Below are positions 53,200 through 63,611 of a DNA stretch of 64,000 bases, piece by piece (the stretch's first letter is position 1; the number at the start of each line of letters is the position of its first letter). The translations under genes and the position numbers were made by a program. Below the pieces are notes generated by a model. It was given only the letters and a program-made list of their open reading frames with translations. It was not told the DNA's origin and searched no databases. Location of the stretch: positions 1-64,000 of the IMG/VR virus record IMGVR_UViG_3300029893_000001; one strand, written 5' to 3'.

Positions 53200-55479
53200 C
53201 TACTTCTTCCTGGTGCTCTTCTTACCGCTCTTCTTCGCCGCTGTCTTTTTCGCCCTTTTCTTAGGGGCCTTCTTGGCGGTCCTCTTAGCGGATTTCTTAT
53301 TGGCCACCTTGAAGAACAGTTCTGCCCTAGGAAGTAATTTCTCGTACTCTTCCTTGGTGAGTACTCGAATTCCATCCTTTTCTGTTCTTTCACGCACTGC
53401 CTTGCGCTTCGTTGGATCTGTCATCCATTCAGTGCCGTAGTCGAAGGCCAACTCCACGAGTGTTTCGCCCATGTGAGAAACCTCCCCGACCTTCACCACT
53501 CTAGCTACGGAGTAAAGAGGGATCACGGTATCCCCAGCGTGACATGTCCAGAAACAGTTATGCTCTGGAGGCTGCCCATTATCCTGCCAATGATTGATGG
53601 CATATCGCTCAGCGTCTTCTTTCTTCGCCCAGTACCCCTTGGCCCAAGCAAAATGACCGTCGGTCAACTTTCTGGCGTCGAATTCAATCGCATAGGCGTC
53701 CTCAGGAACCCAACGCTGGGCCTCAATGTGCTTCTTGTGCTTTTCGGTAAAGGTCGGACCGAGGTCAAATCGCTCCACCCAGGCTTCGGCACGACCGGGC
53801 TGTTCTAGCCACCACACGTAATCAGGATCTGCAAAGTCTGCATAGACCTTTGCCAACTCTCGATACCGCTTGACAGCCAACATCATGCGATCTCGAACGT
53901 GGTGGACACCCCTACAACGCGAATCGTCGTGAACATTGGTCCCGAACGAAATAACGGACTCCAACACACGGAGGGCCAGCTTCGCGAACGAGGGAGCGAG
54001 AGGCTCAGACCTAAACAATCCGCTGTAGTTCTCCGAGAACGGGCGCCAGCCACACTGGCGACGAAAAGTAGGAGGATCGATGTCAGGTACAGAAGGGTCT
54101 ACGCAGGACTGCGGAAATCCCTTTTCGTGCCATTTTACCCCGTTTCCAATACTGCAGAGCGTGTGGTCGGCTACTCGCTGCCACGATGAATTTCGCTGGT
54201 CCTCGGTCATTTCTGACCAAGGAATCACCTTTTCGTTGTCACGATAGGCGTTCCTCACGACACCGAACAGGGTGGGCCACCTCCTCACCTGAGCTTGAAC
54301 AAAGGCGTGGGCATTCACCTCCACCTCATCCCAAGACTTCAGAAGATCCTTCACGGGGTCAGGCTCACGCACCCATTCAAATTCAGCGTATACCGTCCCG
54401 TCGTCCAAGTCTCTATCTACGTCGTCGTGATGTTTGAACTTGTAGACTCCGGGCGTTACGTCAATGACTTCAGCGCGCGCAGTTTCCAGCGACCCACCGA
54501 ACTTCTTGGCTCTTCGATGGAACTCGTCGAAGTCGCACAACGAGTACCACCACAAATCAGTACAGATCCCGGCGACACGCTCGCCTTCGAAATTAGGGTC
54601 TTCTTCACGAGCGACCCAATCCGTACCGTCCCAATACTCCTCTGCCGGTTCACTCGCGATCTTGAACTTCTCGTCGGAAATCTTGAAGACTCCGGGGCAA
54701 GTGTTCCCCACGAAGGCGTGAGCCATTCCAACAGCGGCATACGCCTGGGCAGTCTGTCGACAGCCTAGAACAGTGTTCACGCTTTCGATCTCGCCATCGC
54801 CCTCCGGAAGAGGGAACCACTCGCGGAGGTCGTTCGCGACGACAATCTTACCGCTGGGAACGTTTAGCTCCCACTCATTGGGCTCGAACCCGTTAGGCAA
54901 CGCACAAGGCTCGCCGGCAATCCTGATTACCAGACCGTCAGTTTCTAGCGACAATCGCTTAGCGCCACAGTAAGAGCAGCCGTCATGACCAAGGACTCCT
55001 CCGCCGGAACCGAGAGGGATCCAGCGGTTCAACGCCTTCTTGGCCCTAATAGCTTCCTGCAGGTCTGTAGCGTCTTCGTCGGACTTAAATCCGAACAGCC
55101 ACAACTCAGACAGAATGCGCTTCTTGAAGCCAGCGAAATCGTATATGGCAGCACCACTCTTCCAGTGCCCCCTTACATCTACGTCGAGAGATGCGCTCTT
55201 GAGCAAGACCGAGACCTTCAAATGAAGGTCGCGATTTATCTTAGGCAGGCTCTTCTCATCAGGGTCATCCGAATCCTTGAAGAATTCGTGAAGATGACTC
55301 TCTGCGTTGGCAGTGGACAATACAGAAGGATGGGCCTGACGTAGCTCCGATTCGTCATAGATGCCGTCTTCGGTTTCCACGGGCCACTGCGTGGATCCTC
55401 GTGATCCACGAGGCACTGCCACGACCGTGGTCTGCTTCCCGGTCCCCACTACAAGGGCCGTATCTCCAGGCTTAAACAT
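53200..55479 (-). CDS. 759-aa hypothetical protein with histone-H1-like Lys/Ala tail
   Basis: C-terminus KKSAKRTAKKAPKKRAKKTAAKKSGKKSTRKK. Confidence 0.65.
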   Translation of the reverse strand: MFKPGDTALVVGTGKQTTVVAVPRGSRGSTQWPVETEDGIYDESELRQAHPSVLSTANAESHLHEFFKDSDDPDEKSLPKINRDLHLKVSVLLKSASLDVDVRGHWKSGAAIYDFAGFKKRILSELWLFGFKSDEDATDLQEAIRAKKALNRWIPLGSGGGVLGHDGCSYCGAKRLSLETDGLVIRIAGEPCALPNGFEPNEWELNVPSGKIVVANDLREWFPLPEGDGEIESVNTVLGCRQTAQAYAAVGMAHAFVGNTCPGVFKISDEKFKIASEPAEEYWDGTDWVAREEDPNFEGERVAGICTDLWWYSLCDFDEFHRRAKKFGGSLETARAEVIDVTPGVYKFKHHDDVDRDLDDGTVYAEFEWVREPDPVKDLLKSWDEVEVNAHAFVQAQVRRWPTLFGVVRNAYRDNEKVIPWSEMTEDQRNSSWQRVADHTLCSIGNGVKWHEKGFPQSCVDPSVPDIDPPTFRRQCGWRPFSENYSGLFRSEPLAPSFAKLALRVLESVISFGTNVHDDSRCRGVHHVRDRMMLAVKRYRELAKVYADFADPDYVWWLEQPGRAEAWVERFDLGPTFTEKHKKHIEAQRWVPEDAYAIEFDARKLTDGHFAWAKGYWAKKEDAERYAINHWQDNGQPPEHNCFWTCHAGDTVIPLYSVARVVKVGEVSHMGETLVELAFDYGTEWMTDPTKRKAVRERTEKDGIRVLTKEEYEKLLPRAELFFKVANKKSAKRTAKKAPKKRAKKTAAKKSGKKSTRKK

Positions 55480-55515
55480 AGCTTACTCAACTTCGCTCTA
55501 CGTAAAGCGTAGGTT

Positions 55516-56091
55516 TCAATGTTGCTCCGGCTTCGGACGACGAAGAAGCGCCGGAAGGCGCTCACCATCCAAATCCCATCCGTGGAAGGCAGCAAGAGAT
55601 ACGAGTCTGTCAACGATGTCTCTTGTATCAGCCTCCTGTTCGAAAAGCTCTGCCACCTTTTCGATGAGTCCCTCTTCTGCCAATTCTACGCAGACGCCTG
55701 GCGTGTGAGCCCTAAGCTTGTCGATCAGGTCCTTCATGTACGCGCGACGAAGACCTGAATCAATCCAGCTATCGCTCTCGTCGTCCTGGGCAGCCCTGAT
55801 CATGCGCTCCCTGAGCGATTCAGGAATCTCTGCGCCGCACTTCAGAACGATATACGCGAAGACCTGCCACCCAACATTTATGTACTGGGTGTTGTCGGGC
55901 CTACGATCATGCACCTCTCGGATGTATTTGACCATCTTGTCAAGGTTTTGCTCTACAACGTCACGCGTAAAGGCGTGCGCCTCGTCGTTCGTCTCAGCTT
56001 CTGCGTGGTACACCCCAAGAAGCTTAGCGAAGTCATATCGCCAATCTAGAGGCGGATCACCACCCATCACTGTTTCAGACCACCATCCCAT
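55516..56091 (-). CDS. Phage hypothetical protein (MGWW...GGD family)
   Basis: GGAGG RBS, coupled ORF. Confidence 0.55.
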   Translation of the reverse strand: MGWWSETVMGGDPPLDWRYDFAKLLGVYHAEAETNDEAHAFTRDVVEQNLDKMVKYIREVHDRRPDNTQYINVGWQVFAYIVLKCGAEIPESLRERMIRAAQDDESDSWIDSGLRRAYMKDLIDKLRAHTPGVCVELAEEGLIEKVAELFEQEADTRDIVDRLVSLAAFHGWDLDGERLPALLRRPKPEQH

Positions 56092-56780
56092 TAGTCCTCC
56101 CTCCGGTCAAAAGTCTTGAAGAATTCCTTCGCGAGTAGGTCCTCTCTTGGACCTTCGGGGACAGGCCGACCCGCTCTTTTGTCAATACGGTCTGCTATCG
56201 CAAGTATCTCGTAGGCGAAGTCTCGAAGATTGTTTGCGTCAATCTGCTTCGCCACAGCCTTATCGCCTGCGTTCCACTGGATAGTCGCATCCAGCTCGTC
56301 TCCAGTGTCCTCAACGCGAACGTAGTTTGTCTGGTGAGACTTCCCTAGAGGCCCGTGAATCTCGACCCGTTTCAGGTCAGAACCTTCGTCCCAAGAAGTC
56401 CAGACTGCCCCGACTGCGTGACAGCAACGTCTTCGTTCTTCCTGCTTGGGCTTCGATCTCACGACAGCTTTTCCTTAGGAATGTTAGGCTGTGACAGTTC
56501 GATGATTTTAGCCAGGCTTTTACCGGCTAGGGCCGTGTGGGCTCGGCATTCGTGGAGACTGGCGAGAAGGTTCGAGACGTGCTCCTCAAAGTCCTGCCTG
56601 GCCATCTCCAACTCCGCCATTTCGTTCATGACACTCTCGACGGGCATCCCCTCGGAGTGAGAGGCATCAGGAAGAATGTCTTCGCGACGAGGGTATTTCA
56701 CAACCCTACGTAGCTTGGTCATCGTCTCAACAAGAGAGACCAAATCCTTTCGGATGGTTTCAAGAGGCTTTGAGAGATCC

Positions 56781-57593
56781 TCAATCAGCTTCGATTGTTC
56801 TGTCACTCTTTTCCTCTGTGGCGAGGTACTTGTTGATGTATTCGCGGTCCTGAGAGAAGATAGGGATCTCGTTGTCCACATCCCATCGGGATCGATTTAC
56901 CGTCACAATATCCCCAACAGCGATAGCGGCCGGCGCTGTATACGTAACCCGAACAACGCAGCGGCCACGCTTGTGCCTCGTGGGCAGATCGTTCCAATTC
57001 TGCCCCTTCTGAAAGCACATTTCCTGTAGCAGCTTCGTGTTCTTATTGTGGCACTCTTTGTGGGAGTACATCGAGCGAGCCAGCATCTGAATGCTATTTC
57101 GGCTAGCGTCCTGCTGTCTCCACAAGAAGTAGTTGCAGACGTCGGCCTCAGGGACATTGTACGCCCTGCAATCGAACACGGCAGGACGAATCAAGCTCGC
57201 CTTGTTCAGCACGTCTGGCTGATCAAAGATCTTCCAAGACCACGCAGTAAACGTAGCAGCGGCAATTGCAGCCGGAACCGAACAGATCTTCTGCAGGCGC
57301 CCATCGAAGTACGCTTGTGACGTCAGGGTTTTGTACCCATGGACGAGAATGGAAATCTCGTCACTTTGCACATAGGCAATTTGAGCACCCTGAATCTGTT
57401 CACAGAGCGCTTGCGCAGTGATATCCATGACATCGTTGAGGCGCTCGTCCCACGGCCGCCTGAGCCCCTTGGTGTAAGTATGGAACGCCTTTCCGTCGAT
57501 ACGGAGGATGATCGGCATGCGCGGTACGAGAATGCCATCAGCAGCCTTCTCATATGCCTTCATTCGATCGCCAAGAGTAGTCTTGTCACTCAT
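56781..57593 (-). CDS. tRNA(His) guanylyltransferase Thg1-like protein (3'-5' polymerase)
   Basis: RMKAYE, RIDGKAFHTYT, YVQSDEIS, FDGR..K, FDCR and WRQQDASRNSI motifs. Confidence 0.93.
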   Translation of the reverse strand: MSDKTTLGDRMKAYEKAADGILVPRMPIILRIDGKAFHTYTKGLRRPWDERLNDVMDITAQALCEQIQGAQIAYVQSDEISILVHGYKTLTSQAYFDGRLQKICSVPAAIAAATFTAWSWKIFDQPDVLNKASLIRPAVFDCRAYNVPEADVCNYFLWRQQDASRNSIQMLARSMYSHKECHNKNTKLLQEMCFQKGQNWNDLPTRHKRGRCVVRVTYTAPAAIAVGDIVTVNRSRWDVDNEIPIFSQDREYINKYLATEEKSDRTIEAD

Positions 57594-57888
57594 TCTTGAA
57601 TTCCCTCACCTAAACGTTAGACGCCGCTGCATGACAGGAGTCATATTGCTTACACAATCAGGACAGTATGCTGTCATCGTGTAGCTGTGCTTATCTTGCC
57701 CCCAGTTGTCTGGAATTGAGATTGAGAGTTCTGGGGTAGAACGGGTGCCGAATGTATCCGAGTCGTCCACCATATCGACACTGATCTCAGCCCAGTATTC
57801 TTCGGTAGACTGGCAACCCGGCGTAGAGCAGCTCACTCTGGCTCGAATTTCAATCATGACTTCTTCTCAGCGGCGCTTAAACAGAGAA

Positions 57889-57907
57889 GGCCCGGAAGAT
57901 CCGGGCC
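57889..57907 (-). terminator. Intrinsic terminator
   Basis: GGCCCGGA / TCCGGGCC stem with minus-strand TTCTCTGTTT tail. Confidence 0.55.
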
Positions 57908-58752
57908 GTTGGTCGAAGAGTCCCCTGCTGTCAGAGAAAATCTCGAACCGACTCCAACAAAATCCTGATCTGTGACGCAGATAGCTTGTCGTCTACATCC
58001 ACACCTTCAGGAGTCACCCGAGTGACACGAATTGGAAGATCGAATGTCTTCGCTTGCAGCTTGCGAACGGCAGCAAGTAAGTCTTCGTCCGATGCACCTG
58101 AGTCAAGTTCCGGAAGAATGTCCAATAGCTTGTCTCGAAGGGCAGGAGCGGAAAACGTATTGACTGCTCCAGAAGGCCACCCGCCACTGAAGCCTTCTTG
58201 GAACCCATTAGGGTCAGCCGAGACCGGACCCGCTTCTGGAAGATCGTCAACAACGCCTTTACGCTTCCAAAACTTGGCCACCATCACTGGATTTGCTGTG
58301 AGCAAATCTGCCAGTGCGTCTATCGCACGGGAATTCTTTGACAAACGCTCTGTTACGGAAGGGATCGTTCGATCATTGCCAAAGAGAGCATTGATTTCAG
58401 CACGAACATCGGTGGCCGTCCACTGCGGGAAGTTGACTGCAGCGAGGAAGATAAGAGTCATCTCCTCCTTCTCAGTCCACTTAGGATACTTGTCGTTCCC
58501 GAAGTGCATCTCAAGCGCTCCGACCGGACAGCAGGTTCAGCTTTCCGTACTTGATGGTGATCTTGTTGCTTCTCTCGTTGTAGGAGAGAAACAACGTGCC
58601 TCCACGCGGTCCGACCGAATAGTACTGTCGCTTGCTACGTCGACGCCACTTGAGATCGTCCTTCGGGTACCTGTTGTTAAGACTCTTCGACTCCCTAGCC
58701 TGGGGAAAGTCTGCGAAGAGCTTGTCGAAAACAGCGTTCGTATCCATGTTCC

Positions 58753-59118
58753 CTACTCCAACAAAGCGAATGCACCCTGCGGACCCAAGAATACCATCTT
58801 GGCGCTGTACACCGGAACCAGGCTTTCTTTTACAACAAAGGTCTCGGTGCTATACGGGTTGTAGTAGATTTCGGTCCAACCTTTACGGTTGTTGTACTCG
58901 CAGAGTGCGCTAAATCCAACGGAGTGTAGGGTTCCTCGGACCCCTGCATGGACGTTCTTCTGCTTCGTAGCGAGTACTCGCGCTCTACCCCTCGCTCCAA
59001 CAACTAGTCGTGCGTCCTGAATGCAGACACACGTGTTCCGAACAGCCACACGACCCGTAGACTCATCCCTCACAGAGTAGCATTTCTTGTGAAGGTTGCG
59101 GTAAGAGAACGCCTTCAT
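58753..59118 (-). CDS. Conserved phage protein (YRNLH...KNVHA..YNPY)
   Basis: Motif recognition; 19 nt after a promoter motif. Confidence 0.65.
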   Translation of the reverse strand: MKAFSYRNLHKKCYSVRDESTGRVAVRNTCVCIQDARLVVGARGRARVLATKQKNVHAGVRGTLHSVGFSALCEYNNRKGWTEIYYNPYSTETFVVKESLVPVYSAKMVFLGPQGAFALLE

Positions 59119-59136
59119 GGCGTCTCTTTACACTGC

Positions 59137-59153
59137 TACTATCGGCTGGGTTC
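59137..59153 (-). promoter_or_regulatory. Repeated phage promoter motif (variant)
   Basis: TACTATCGGCTGGGTTC. Confidence 0.7.
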
Positions 59154-59480
59154 GCGAGGACCCATCCATCTCCAGACGGATGCGCCCTTGTCGAAGCGAA
59201 GGTTTCCTGCGAGGACCTGGGCTGTGAGGTAATCGTGTGTCAGCCTTTCAGCATACTGCGCTGCAGCCTGGGGCGATGGCGGTATCACCCCCACCATCTT
59301 CGCGGTCAGTTCAGCTTGCAAAAGAGGAAGAACCTCTACAGGAGCAGTATCAGTTACGGAGATGACGAGTTTCATGCTTCGACCGAAGCTGACTCCGTAA
59401 GAGGGTATCCTCTTTTGCAGGGCTGGAACATACTGCTGGACAACATGAACGCAAAACTTCGGAGCGTCCATGTCATCCCC

Positions 59481-59918
59481 TCAGTTGAAGTCGGTCAGAT
59501 AACCCGACCGATGGTAATCCCCCTCTTTGACCCCATTAAGACGCCCGAGTGCATTCGAGAGAATACGGCAGAGAACATGCGTGGTATCGCTGTACTCATC
59601 CCCGTAGATGACGTATACCCCATCGTCCTTTGGATCGATAACCTTCGATGCTTCGGAGCAGTAGTCCGAATACTTGTCGTCGTCATCGTAAGGGTTTCGG
59701 AGAATGGATTTGGCTTCAGCCTTCTGCTCCTTGGTCACAAGGAACGAAGAGCACGATTCCCGGCTCCAGAGGTGAGAACCCAAATAACCGTCACCCAGTT
59801 CGTGAGCTTCGATGAAAGCTTTGACCTGTGGGTCGTCCAGAACCTCCTTGGGGAAGTAGTAGACGCACGAACTAGAATTGGTGATGAAACCAACGTTCAC
59901 TGTGACACGTCGTGTCAT
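59481..59918 (-). CDS. Phage TNSSS-motif protein
   Basis: GFITNSSS near the N-terminus; AGGAGG RBS. Confidence 0.6.
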   Translation of the reverse strand: MTRRVTVNVGFITNSSSCVYYFPKEVLDDPQVKAFIEAHELGDGYLGSHLWSRESCSSFLVTKEQKAEAKSILRNPYDDDDKYSDYCSEASKVIDPKDDGVYVIYGDEYSDTTHVLCRILSNALGRLNGVKEGDYHRSGYLTDFN

Positions 59919-60447
59919 AAATCCTCCTGTTACCAGGCTTTTCGAAGACTAAAACGACCGCAACCTATGCTGCCAGGCTGGTGAGCACGTACATGAAAGT
60001 GACCTTCATGCATGAACGTTGCTCTGGGGTGACACAATTGTACGGCACCCCTAATCTATGAGCGGCGCCCAGAGTGAACACATCCTGGCACGTCTTCCGG
60101 GCTTCCGTACACAGGGTGTCATACTCCTCTTTGGAAGCAAACAGTACGAGCCTCGGTGTCATGTCGCCGGATGTCATGATGTCAACTCCGATTGGAATCT
60201 CGATAGTATGCCGACGCTGCCTCAGGCCCCACTAGGAACAGGGTCAACAAAGCAGCGAGGAAAATGCCAGTTTTAGCTGCGCACCCGAAGCACTGGAGGG
60301 AGGTGTCGAACGTCCCGTCCGACGTACAGACCAAATGAGCACCGTGCTCCTTCTTGTTCCAGTACTTCGTCGTAATACCATTCGAAACGGTCATTCGAAG
60401 AATGACCTCTTCTCCGGGCTCGGGCTGCCAAAACTTGAGCGGTTCCT

Positions 60448-62160
60448 TCACTTCATCCTCATCTCAAAAAGCGTCTCACCGCGGGTGAAGCCAAGACGAC
60501 CGCCTCTCTTTACGAGGTGCATATCGCCTCCCAGTGCTTTGTCCTCGACTACCTTCACTGACGACGAGCCCTTCTTGGAGCTGAAGAGTTCGAGATTTTC
60601 ATCTTCAGTCAAGCAGGCGCAAACCCCGGTGTCCAGTACAACGAAATTTAAGCCAGTAGGTGTGATATCTTCCACCTCGCGTACATCGTACGACGTGAAG
60701 TCGTCCGTAAATCTGAAGATAAATCGATTGTACTTGCCGTTTTTCGTCGTGATAGCCATCAAGACGCCCCCGTCGAACTTGATGTCTACGACCTTGACCG
60801 GATCTAGCTCCGGAATTCGAATCTGATAGCTCGCCTTGGACCGAGGGAACAGCGAGACGAAGGTTGAGCCTAGCATGTCCTGAAGCACGCCGCCCTGAAA
60901 GAGTCGGCTCGCCCTCTCCATGACCGTGGCCAGCTCTCGCGTGGACGCGATGATCTTCGGCCGCCCGTCGGCGTGCTGAGTCTCGGTGAGCACCACCTCC
61001 AAGACACGGTCTCGGTTCCGAATGTACAGGCGCCCGTCGTACGACGCCAGCTCGTCAGCACGTGACACGAAGGGAATCGCGTCACCACTGACACCGCACA
61101 GCATCACCTGCGACGTACTCTGGTCGATACGAGCCACTACGGGATACTGTCCAACCGGGGTAAATCCTACCTCGATAGGGTCGGGGGAATAGAAGGCAGT
61201 TCGAGGCCCAACCCAAACAGACCCGTCTTGGGTTTGAGTAATTCCTGTACTCGCGTTTCCGAAGTAAAAGAATCGCCTAATTGTGTGCGGGTACTCCTGG
61301 AGCTTCTTGATGTCCAGGTGGCCCGATGAAACGATCGTCCGGATCTGCTGAACAGCCCACGCAACAGCCTGCAAATCTGTCGGGGGCGGCAAGCGCTTCT
61401 TGTCCTGAAAGACCGCCTTGAACCAAGAACGGTATGCTTCAGGAATGACATCCAATGGGTAACAGACCCGAGGCACCGAAACAGCCGGATCAAATACGGA
61501 GGCGCACGCCTTCATGCGGTCTTCGAGCGCCTTGATAGACGGGTGCTTTCCTTTGTACGGATGAATCCCAATGAAGAGCTGGAACGCCAGAATCCCAAAG
61601 CTGAACCAGTCGCTTAGCTCGGTGAAATCACCATGAAGCGTGAGAGGATCGCGGACGGACGGCATAATCGCCGTGGCCGGATAATGCTTCGTCTGGTAGC
61701 TGTCGACGTCGATCCAAAACGCTTGGCCAAAATCCTTCGATACGAGGACGTTCATCTCGTTCAGGTCTACAACAAGCACCCCTGCCTTGTGAATTTCGAC
61801 CACGTTCTTCTGCATCGTTTGAACGAGCGAAAGAACCTTCTGGTGGTCCAGTCCCTCACGCTCCCGGAAGGAGCGAGGGAAAAGCTGGCATAAGGCGAGG
61901 GTATCCGAAATGAATCGCATCGTATACCCAAGCGACCTCCCCCGCTCATCACAGATGATGTCCTTGGGACGAATCACGTTCGGGTCGGAGATTCCAGAAA
62001 GCTCCGATATCTTCCCCTCGGGGATCATCTTTTTCGGGTCAGTGTACAACTTGTAGGCTACCTGGCCCTTTACGTACACTGAGCCTTCCCCACCGGAAGC
62101 AAGGAAGTCATTCTTCGACAGATTCACGGCAGTGGAGCTGCCTTTGACGTAGACCTTCAT
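60448..62160 (-). CDS. YegI-like Ser/Thr protein kinase with C-terminal beta-rich domain
   Basis: SGGEGSVY, YKLY, VVDLNEMNVLV, IDVDSYQ, DWFSF...GIHPYKG. Confidence 0.85.
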   Translation of the reverse strand: MKVYVKGSSTAVNLSKNDFLASGGEGSVYVKGQVAYKLYTDPKKMIPEGKISELSGISDPNVIRPKDIICDERGRSLGYTMRFISDTLALCQLFPRSFREREGLDHQKVLSLVQTMQKNVVEIHKAGVLVVDLNEMNVLVSKDFGQAFWIDVDSYQTKHYPATAIMPSVRDPLTLHGDFTELSDWFSFGILAFQLFIGIHPYKGKHPSIKALEDRMKACASVFDPAVSVPRVCYPLDVIPEAYRSWFKAVFQDKKRLPPPTDLQAVAWAVQQIRTIVSSGHLDIKKLQEYPHTIRRFFYFGNASTGITQTQDGSVWVGPRTAFYSPDPIEVGFTPVGQYPVVARIDQSTSQVMLCGVSGDAIPFVSRADELASYDGRLYIRNRDRVLEVVLTETQHADGRPKIIASTRELATVMERASRLFQGGVLQDMLGSTFVSLFPRSKASYQIRIPELDPVKVVDIKFDGGVLMAITTKNGKYNRFIFRFTDDFTSYDVREVEDITPTGLNFVVLDTGVCACLTEDENLELFSSKKGSSSVKVVEDKALGGDMHLVKRGGRLGFTRGETLFEMRMK

Positions 62161-62471
62161 GTATCTCGCCCGAATATCTCGTGGAGTGCTGAGCGCACGG
62201 ATTCAGCGCTGCCGTCTAGCCTGAGAACAGAAAAACCGCTCATGATTGGAGTCGTAACCCGCGACTTGTGGAAGGCAGAGGCTAATTGGCCCATGAATTC
62301 CGTCTCTTCAGCCGCCTTTTCCGCTTCCTCGAAATCAGAGTAGCGTACGTCCCACGCCGCTTCCGCATCCTGAGCCATCGGGCCCGATGCTCCGCAACCC
62401 AAACACACGACTCGAATGAGGGCTATCTGAAGGGCTGGTTCGATAGCCCCACAAAAGGGGCATTCTCTCAT
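62157..62471 (-). CDS. Lar-like restriction alleviation zinc-finger protein
   Basis: ECPFCG...VCLGCGASGP...AAWDVR. Confidence 0.65.
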   Translation of the reverse strand: MRECPFCGAIEPALQIALIRVVCLGCGASGPMAQDAEAAWDVRYSDFEEAEKAAEETEFMGQLASAFHKSRVTTPIMSGFSVLRLDGSAESVRSALHEIFGRDT

Positions 62472-62648
62472 CGCTGTACTCGCTTCATTTTTCGGGTTGG
62501 CCTGTCCCACCTCCAGAGCATTTTAGAGATGGCGTCAACTGCAACCTGTCCTACGATTTCAGCCGCCTCGCGAAGGAGTTTTTCCTCTCGAACACGCTCT
62601 TCCCATTCTGCAGCACTCATCAACTCGCGCTGCTGAAGAAGAGCGTCC

Positions 62649-63064
62649 TCATACAGAAGTTGTCTCGCCGCTTTGAGGTCCATGATGACGTAGGTAGTTA
62701 GTAGCTCTCTGGGTGAGGCGGTAGTTTGTTACGGCAAATTTGGTCCCGTCTTGGGACGACTTCCCGCGAGAACGCCCCCTACGAAGATAGCCATTCAGGG
62801 CCAAAGATTCCATTTGATCTTTTGCTTCCCTGAACCTGAAATTATCTCGAATGAAATCGCGAGCGCCGTAGTAATCCCGAGCAACTTCAGCACAAAAAAC
62901 AGGCTTGCTCCGACGTTGGATCCAGTGAAGGAGTAGCACGTCCCGCGTCTGCAGACCGGTTTCGGACCGGATGGCCTCTGCCATCGCAAAACTTCTGCTC
63001 GTGATATTCTTATGATCGCAAAACTTCTGCTCGTGATATTCTTATGCTGCCAATGTACCTTCAT
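62649..63064 (-). pseudogene. Winged-helix-like gene frameshifted by a 32-bp duplication
   Basis: With one repeat copy, the ATGA-coupled start at 63064 reads MKVHWQHKNITSRSFAMAEAIRS... in frame with 62649..62984. Confidence 0.7.
62983..63046. repeat. Perfect 32-bp tandem duplication
   Basis: ATCGCAAAACTTCTGCTCGTGATATTCTTATG x2. Confidence 0.95.
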
Positions 63065-63312
63065 CGGTATTTCCACCGTCTTTTCTTGGCGCGCTTTTCT
63101 GTGCCTGGCATACCCTTCGGGATGCCCTGTGGCCCAGGCACTGGCAAGCCGTTCAACTTGGCAAAGAAAATGACAAGGCTCTCTCCGATGAGCTGACGGA
63201 TGCGCAGAGATTCGTCCATCGTAAAGACGAACGGGTCTAGCGAAGTGTGCTTGCTATGCTGCTCGACGATGCGAGCCAGCTTTTTCACATTCGCAATGGG
63301 TCTTGCCATGAC

Positions 63313-63329
63313 TATTATCGGCTGGGTTC
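63313..63329 (-). promoter_or_regulatory. Repeated phage promoter motif, directly before an apparently leaderless gene
   Basis: Minus strand GAACCCAGCCGATAATAGTCATG; ATG at 63309. Confidence 0.7.
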
Positions 63330-63611
63330 AGACCACTATCTCCGGCCGAAGCCACCTTGGATTCAGGGCTTCCTCGGTCCCTCGAATCTCATTAGCACAG
63401 GTATCGCAGAGGGGAGAATGCACGTCGTCGGCGCCAAAGCAATAAGGGTAGCGCTTGCGACAGCGTAGGCACACGTACGTTTTGCACGTACGCCCGTTGT
63501 CGCTCAAGTACCGTGAACAGGGTCCCCCATCGCACGGACAATATGCATCGACCGGCCAATGACGTGCTCTGGTCTTCGTGATGTGGTCAATGGCCTCTGA
63601 CGGAAGGCGCT

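Noticed and set aside
905-63329. Reading the dispersed 17-bp motif as CRISPR repeats or integron-like attC sites
   Set aside because: Spacing is irregular and kilobase-scale, the motif is mostly non-palindromic, and it is always just upstream of start codons, which fits a promoter.
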